From: Acidimicrobiaceae bacterium
GTDB taxonomy: Bacteria; Actinomycetota; Acidimicrobiia; Acidimicrobiales; Aldehydirespiratoraceae
NCBI GenBank assembly: GCA_026706815.1
Contig: JAPOYA010000041.1
Coordinates: 102,500 to 166,499, forward strand
Direction of reading: 5' to 3'
DNA length: 64,000 nt
Shown: one piece after another, positions 58,638 through 64,000 of the stretch
How the letters are laid out: each line of letters starts with the position of its first letter
Position numbering within the stretch: position 1 is the stretch's first letter
The notes under the pieces: generated by a model
Seen by the model: only the letters and a program-made list of their open reading frames with translations
Database searches by the model: none
What the model was told of the DNA's origin: nothing
Program-made: the position numbers and the translations under genes

Positions 58638-59818
58638 CAGCCTCCAGCACGTTCGCATCGCGTCCCCCTCCCCTTACCGAAGACGACGATCAGCGCTGGT
58701 GGTTCGTCCTGGATCCCGCGCTGATTGTCTCGGTGGTCATGATCACCGCGTTGGGCGCGGTGCTCGTCTTTTCTGCAACCCGCGGCCCCGCATCGAGGTT
58801 CGGCCCGCTTGACTATTCGTTCCTTGAGCGCCAGGTCGTGTTTGCAGTGTTCGGCCTGATCCTCGCGGTGCTCGTCGCCCACGTCGATGTTCGACGAATT
58901 CGTCAGTGGTTGCCGGCGGCTTATCTCGGGCTTGTTGCCCTGCTGGGCGGTTTGCTGGTGTTCGGGGCCGACGTGAGGGGCGCCCGCGCCTGGTACACCG
59001 CCGGCGGGTTCAGTTTCCAGCCGTCGGAGCCCGGCAAGATCATATTGATCGTTGTTCTCGCAGCAGCCCTTTCCGTCGAGGAGGTGAGGACCAAGCGGCT
59101 GTTGGCGGCTCTGGGTCTGGCCGCTCTGCCGGTGCTGTTGATTCTGCGACAGCCCGACGTGGGGACGATCTTGGTTTACGTTGTCATTGTCGCGGCGATG
59201 ATCGCGATGAGCGGAGTTCGACTTCGGTATATCGCTGCCTTGGCTGTGATCGGCATCTTGGTTGTCGTCGGGATTTTCGAGTCCGATCTGCTCGCTGAGT
59301 ACCAGGAGGACCGGCTCCAGGTTTTCGTCTTGGACGAGGAAGCTCTTGTCGAACTCGGCCCGGAAGCAGCTCGCGCCGCATTCAATGTGGACCAGTCTCA
59401 GATTGCGATAGGCAACGGCGGGCTGTTCGGTCAGGGGCTGTTCGAAGGGACGCAGACCCGCTCTAATCTGGTTCCCGAGCAGCAGACCGACTTCATCTTC
59501 TCGGTCGCCGGCGAGGAGTTGGGGTTCCGCGGCGCGGGCGTGCTGTTGGCGCTCTATGCGCTGATGCTGTTCCGGATCTGGAGGATCGCGGTGCGGGCGA
59601 CTGACTCGTTCGATCGGCTGCTCACAATCGGGGTTATGGCAATGTTCCTGTTCCAAGTGTTCCAGAGCGCCGGGATGACTATGGGGATGATGCCAGTGAC
59701 AGGCATTCCGCTCCCGCTCGTCTCTTACGGTGGGTCTTCAATGCTCGCATCCATGGTTGCGCTTGGTCTGGTTATGGGGGTCTACCGGCGTCGATTCGAC
59801 TTCGCTGAGCGCAGTTGA
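58634..59818 (+). CDS. rodA: SEDS glycosyltransferase RodA
   Basis: FQPSEPGK, QPDVGT, PEQQTDFIFS, PVTGIPLPLVSYGGSS. Confidence 0.95.
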   Translation: MTASSTFASRPPPLTEDDDQRWWFVLDPALIVSVVMITALGAVLVFSATRGPASRFGPLDYSFLERQVVFAVFGLILAVLVAHVDVRRIRQWLPAAYLGLVALLGGLLVFGADVRGARAWYTAGGFSFQPSEPGKIILIVVLAAALSVEEVRTKRLLAALGLAALPVLLILRQPDVGTILVYVVIVAAMIAMSGVRLRYIAALAVIGILVVVGIFESDLLAEYQEDRLQVFVLDEEALVELGPEAARAAFNVDQSQIAIGNGGLFGQGLFEGTQTRSNLVPEQQTDFIFSVAGEELGFRGAGVLLALYALMLFRIWRIAVRATDSFDRLLTIGVMAMFLFQVFQSAGMTMGMMPVTGIPLPLVSYGGSSMLASMVALGLVMGVYRRRFDFAERS

Positions 59819-59886
59819 ACCGGCGGACTGTGGGCGGTCGAGCGCAGCCGGCAGCCAATAGGCGGCCGTGCGGGTAACCTCAATGA

Positions 59887-61884
59887 GTGTCCGTGTCGCT
59901 ATGGCCTCGCCTCGAGAACCTGCTCCCGCAGGTCCAGAAGCCGGCCCGTTACATCGGTTGTGAGCTGGGAGTGCAGTCTCCAGCTCACGGTGGCGGGATC
60001 GTCAGTTGGCTGTTGACGTATCCGGACGCCTACGAGATCGGTCTGCCGAATCAGGGTCTGCAGATTCTCTACGAGATTCTCAATGAGCGTGAGGATGCTG
60101 CAGCCGAACGCGCCTATTCGCCTTGGACTGACCTTGAAGCGTTGTTGCGACGAGAGAAGATCCAGCTGTTCTCGGTGGACACACATCGTCCTGCCGGCGA
60201 TTTCGATGTCATTGCCTTCAACCTCAGCGCTGAATTGACATACACGAACCTCCTCAACTGCATTGACCTCGCAGGCGTTCCGGTTCACTCGGCTGCCCGT
60301 GCAGACTCCGATCCGCTGATCGGCGTGGGTGGTCATTGCACCTACAACCCCGAACCCATCGCCGATTTCGTCGACTTTGTCGTGCTGGGCGACGGCGAGG
60401 AGGTCGTTGGCGAGATCACTGAGCTCGTGCGCGAATGGAAGGGCGCCGGTCGTTCCGATGGTTCTCGCAGAGAAGTGTTGAGGGAGTTGGCGAAGGTCGC
60501 CGGCGTCTATGTCCCTTCGATGTACCGAGTGGCATACGACGGTGCGTTCATTGCGGAGGTCGCACCTCGATTCGCCGATGTGCCGGCCACGGTGGAGAAG
60601 CGCACGGTCGCTGATCTTGCAGACTGGCCGTATCCCAAACGACAGCTCGTGCCCTTGACCGAGGTTGTGCATGACCGACTCTCAGTCGAGGTTTTTCGGG
60701 GGTGTACCCGCGGCTGCAGGTTCTGCCAAGCGGGGATGATCACCCGGCCTGTCCGGGAACGCCCTGCTGAACAGGTTCGCACCATGATCAGCGACGGTCT
60801 GGCCCGGACTGGATATGACGAAGTGGCGTTGACGTCGCTTTCGACCGCCGATTTCAGCGGGATCCAGCAGGTCATCGGCGAGACGATCTCCGACGCGGGT
60901 TGCGATCAGGTGAGCGTTGCACTGCCCAGTTTGCGGGTGGACGCGTTCACTGTCGGCATTGCGGCGGAGATTCAGCGGGCTCGTCGCACCGGCCTGACGT
61001 TTGCCCCGGAGGCCGGTTCATGGCGGATGCGCCGAGTCATAAACAAGCTCATTCGAGAAGAGGATCTATATGGGGCGGTAGAGAGTGCCTACAGCCAGGG
61101 TTGGCGGCGAATGAAGCTGTATTTCCTTACTGGTCTTCCCACTGAGACCGATGAGGACACGCTCGGAATCGCCGAACTCGCCCGAAATTGTGTTGAGCTC
61201 GGCAGGCGCCACCATTCCTCTCCGTCGGTGACTGTTTCTGTGGGAGGCTTCGTGCCGAAGCCGTTCACTCCGTTCCAGTGGTTCGGTCAGAACACGGTGG
61301 TGGAGCTTTCACGCAAGATCGGCTTGTTGCGTGATCACTTGCGGCGCGACAAGGGCGTGCAACTGAAATGGCACGATCCCGAAGCGACGCTGGTGGAGGG
61401 AATAACCAGTCGAGGGGATCGCCGTCTGGGTCCGGTCATCGAGTACGTCTGGCGCAAGGGCGGCACGTTCCAGGAGTGGTCGGAGCACTTCGACTACGAC
61501 CTCTGGCTTGAAGCAATGGCAGCGAGTGGTTGCGACGTCGACTGGTACGTTCACCGCCATCGCACCGAGGACGAAGCACTCCCGTGGGATCACCTGTCCG
61601 CGGGCCTGCACAAGGACTTCTTGTGGCAGGACTGGCGGGATTCGCTCAATGAGCTGGGACTTGAGGACTGCCGCTGGACCCCGTGCTATGACTGCGGGGC
61701 CTGCACCGGTTATGGAATCGAACATGTTGTGGCGTCGGCTTCGCCGCCCGCTGGCGGAAGTCAGGGCACGGGCGTCGATCTGTCCCGGGGCGGCGCGGTG
61801 CCCGTGGCGCTCGGCGAGCGGCCGCGCACTGCCTCCAGCGGCGATGATCCGCAGTCCCGTCCGTTGGTCGGGGTGGGGTCATGA
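59887..61884 (+). CDS. B12-binding radical SAM protein (TIGR03960-like)
   Basis: VQKPARYIG, YPDAYEIG, RGCTRGCRFCQAG, TFAPEAGS. Confidence 0.92.
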   Translation: MSVSLWPRLENLLPQVQKPARYIGCELGVQSPAHGGGIVSWLLTYPDAYEIGLPNQGLQILYEILNEREDAAAERAYSPWTDLEALLRREKIQLFSVDTHRPAGDFDVIAFNLSAELTYTNLLNCIDLAGVPVHSAARADSDPLIGVGGHCTYNPEPIADFVDFVVLGDGEEVVGEITELVREWKGAGRSDGSRREVLRELAKVAGVYVPSMYRVAYDGAFIAEVAPRFADVPATVEKRTVADLADWPYPKRQLVPLTEVVHDRLSVEVFRGCTRGCRFCQAGMITRPVRERPAEQVRTMISDGLARTGYDEVALTSLSTADFSGIQQVIGETISDAGCDQVSVALPSLRVDAFTVGIAAEIQRARRTGLTFAPEAGSWRMRRVINKLIREEDLYGAVESAYSQGWRRMKLYFLTGLPTETDEDTLGIAELARNCVELGRRHHSSPSVTVSVGGFVPKPFTPFQWFGQNTVVELSRKIGLLRDHLRRDKGVQLKWHDPEATLVEGITSRGDRRLGPVIEYVWRKGGTFQEWSEHFDYDLWLEAMAASGCDVDWYVHRHRTEDEALPWDHLSAGLHKDFLWQDWRDSLNELGLEDCRWTPCYDCGACTGYGIEHVVASASPPAGGSQGTGVDLSRGGAVPVALGERPRTASSGDDPQSRPLVGVGS

Positions 61885-62612
61885 GGATTCGGATTCGCTT
61901 CACGAAGCACGGCAAGGTGCGCTTCACCTCACATCGCGATGTTGCGCGGATATTCCAACGCGCTCTGAGGCGCGCCGGGCTCCCGGTTGCCTACAGCCAG
62001 GGGTTCTCGCCACGTCCGAAGATCGCCTTCGGTCTAGCTTTGTCGACAGGACATGAGTCCGAAGCGGAGTATCTTGATATAGATCTTGATCCCGAACGAA
62101 CCAATGGACTTGAAATGGGCGATCTGCCGGCCCGATTGTCAAATGAGCTTCCCGAGGGAATGGCAGTCACTGCTGCAGTGATCATCGATCGACGGACTGC
62201 GTCGTTGCAGCAAGCAGTCACCAGTTGCACCTGGCAGATAGACGTCGTCGACGTTGATGCCGATACCGTGGCCGGCGCCGTGGCCCGAGCGCTCGCCGCA
62301 GAATCTCTCGTCGTCACCAGAGAGCGCAAGGGACGCGAGGTCACCGACGACCTGCGCCCCGGCATCCTGAGTCTCGATGTTGAAGGGCCTGTCGAAGCTG
62401 AGGAACACGAGGGTTCTAGAGTGCGGCTCTTGGCTGAACTCGCCACGCAGCCTCGTGCGCTGAGAGTGTCTGAACTTCTGGGCGCGCTCGATCCACCGCT
62501 CGTCGAGCACCGGGTGCTAAGGCTTCACCAATGGACAACGAACGAAACCGACGCACAGCAGCGAGGCAACCCTCTGCACGCTGCCGCGTCCGCACTGGTG
62601 GGGGCGACATGA
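61881..62612 (+). CDS. Radical SAM-associated protein (TIGR03936/DUF2344-like)
   Basis: RIRFTKHGKVRFTSHRD, AYSQGFSPRPK. Confidence 0.92.
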   Translation: MRIRIRFTKHGKVRFTSHRDVARIFQRALRRAGLPVAYSQGFSPRPKIAFGLALSTGHESEAEYLDIDLDPERTNGLEMGDLPARLSNELPEGMAVTAAVIIDRRTASLQQAVTSCTWQIDVVDVDADTVAGAVARALAAESLVVTRERKGREVTDDLRPGILSLDVEGPVEAEEHEGSRVRLLAELATQPRALRVSELLGALDPPLVEHRVLRLHQWTTNETDAQQRGNPLHAAASALVGAT

Positions 62613-62651
62613 ACGTTCGCCCTCCAGTGCCATCAACGAAGGAACGAAACT

Positions 62652-64000
62652 ATGGCCGAATCACAGGCCGACAACCGCGACGCCTCTCGTCGCTCCCCCA
62701 AACCTCCTCACAGAGAGGCGAAAAAGCCAAAAATCGGTGACACGCGGCCGGCGCCGCCGCCGAACCAGGCTCCGCGCATAGGTGACACGCGGCCGGCGCC
62801 GCCCAGCAACGGCGGTGCCGAGTCACAAGGTCCCAGAAGCTCGACTCCGAAACAGGGCCAGGGCGCCCGACGCAGCCAGGGCGCGAAGCAGGACCAGCGT
62901 GCCAAGCAAGATCAGGGGGCCAAACAAGGCCAGGGCGCGAAGCGAGGCCAGGGCGCGAAGCAAGATCAGGGCGCGAAGCGAGGCCAGGGCGCCAAGCAAG
63001 GCGAACGGGGCGGCTCTTCGAGTTCGGATTCTTCAGGCCAGCGTCAGAACCAACGAGATTCCCAAGGCCGTGCGCAAAGCGAGGGTGGATCCAAGCGCCG
63101 CCGCCGCAGGCGCGGCGGACGGGGTCGAGGCACCCGGTCCGCAGTCGACCAGTCGGCGGTTGGCAATCGTCAACAGTCCACACGTTCCCAGAATCGTAGA
63201 GGCGCCAGTCGCGCCGACAGGTCACACCGCCCGGTCGAGTCGATCGTCGACGACGCGGTCGAACTTGACGAGAAGACGATGAGACGACGCCGGGGACGCA
63301 CCCGCAAGGGTCAGGCGGTGGGCCGTTACATGATGTGCGTTTCTGTAGGCCGGAGGGCGACGCAGATAGCCACACTCGAGGGGCGCAAACTCGTCGAGCA
63401 TCAGGTGTCACGCCCTGCTGACGATGTGAGCCAGATTCATGGGAACATCTACGTGGGCCGAGTACAGAACGTGCTGCCAGGCATGGAAGCCGCTTTCGTT
63501 GATATCGGCACACCGAAGAACGCGGTGCTGTACCGCGGCGATGTGCAGTACGACCCCGAAGACGTCGAAGGCGGACGTGCCGAACAGCCCCGTATCGAGG
63601 AACTTCTGAAGGCTCGCCAGACGATCGTGTGCCAGGTGACTAAGAATCCGATTGCCCACAAGGGCGCCCGCCTCACCCAGGAAGTGTCGCTGCCGGGTCG
63701 GTTCGTCGTGCTGGTGCCCAACACCTCCACGTACGGGATCTCGAAACGTCTTCCGGAGGGCGAACGCGCTCGGCTGCGCAACATACTCGACAAGGCGAAA
63801 CCAAAACGCCATGGCGTGATTGTGCGTACCGCAGCTGAGAGCGTCACAGCCGAAGAGATCGAGCGCGATGTGGCTCGACTCGTCGCGCAATGGAATGAGA
63901 TCGAAGCGCTTGCCAAGAAAACGAGCGCGCCGGCGCTCGTGTACCGCGAGCCTGAAGCTGCCGTGCGGATCATCCGCGAGGAGTTCACCAAGGACTTCCG
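62652..64000 (+). CDS. rne: Ribonuclease E/G family, runs off the window end (absent from the ORF track)
   Basis: Open frame from ATG 62652. Disordered N-terminus, then GNIYVGRVQNVLPGMEAAFVDIG and QVTKNPIAHKGARLT. Confidence 0.93.
   Translation, partial: MAESQADNRDASRRSPKPPHREAKKPKIGDTRPAPPPNQAPRIGDTRPAPPSNGGAESQGPRSSTPKQGQGARRSQGAKQDQRAKQDQGAKQGQGAKRGQGAKQDQGAKRGQGAKQGERGGSSSSDSSGQRQNQRDSQGRAQSEGGSKRRRRRRGGRGRGTRSAVDQSAVGNRQQSTRSQNRRGASRADRSHRPVESIVDDAVELDEKTMRRRRGRTRKGQAVGRYMMCVSVGRRATQIATLEGRKLVEHQVSRPADDVSQIHGNIYVGRVQNVLPGMEAAFVDIGTPKNAVLYRGDVQYDPEDVEGGRAEQPRIEELLKARQTIVCQVTKNPIAHKGARLTQEVSLPGRFVVLVPNTSTYGISKRLPEGERARLRNILDKAKPKRHGVIVRTAAESVTAEEIERDVARLVAQWNEIEALAKKTSAPALVYREPEAAVRIIREEFTKDF
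62859..63002 (+). repeat. Eight 18-bp coding repeats (QGAKQD/QGAKRG) in the Rne N-terminal extension
   Basis: Units such as CAGGGCGCGAAGCAAGAT and CAGGGCGCGAAGCGAGGC at 18-nt spacing. Confidence 0.9.

Overview
High-GC actinobacterial chromosome segment. Gene order and content (hpf-secA-prfB-ftsEX; tig-clpP-clpX-folC-ndk-mreBCD-mrdA-rodA-radical SAM pair-rne; F420-type LLM enzyme; many leaderless genes) suggest class Acidimicrobiia. That placement, and any host-associated lifestyle, is inference only. Most of the window is housekeeping: a GT-C/GT2 fusion with ppk2/manB/manA, ahcY, tmRNA, smpB, mec-cysM, a Tad/Flp pilus cluster and tRNA-Gly. Two accessory regions stand out. (1) A ~7 kb island between manA and ahcY (8101-15120) holds two dead IS elements (IS256 and IS3 families) whose transposases differ from remembered family motifs almost entirely by A:T->G:C transitions on both strands. 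It also holds a 1018-aa secreted repeat/FN3 protein with a G14 tract just after a perfect -35 box, flanked on both sides by paralogous small membrane-protein genes, one broken at a 7-nt homopolymer. (2) A 1720-aa exonuclease-RecQ-UvrD fusion lies directly downstream of tmRNA, next to a truncated gene. Several short gene remnants and short tandem duplications are also visible. All family calls come from motif recognition by eye; no database search was run.
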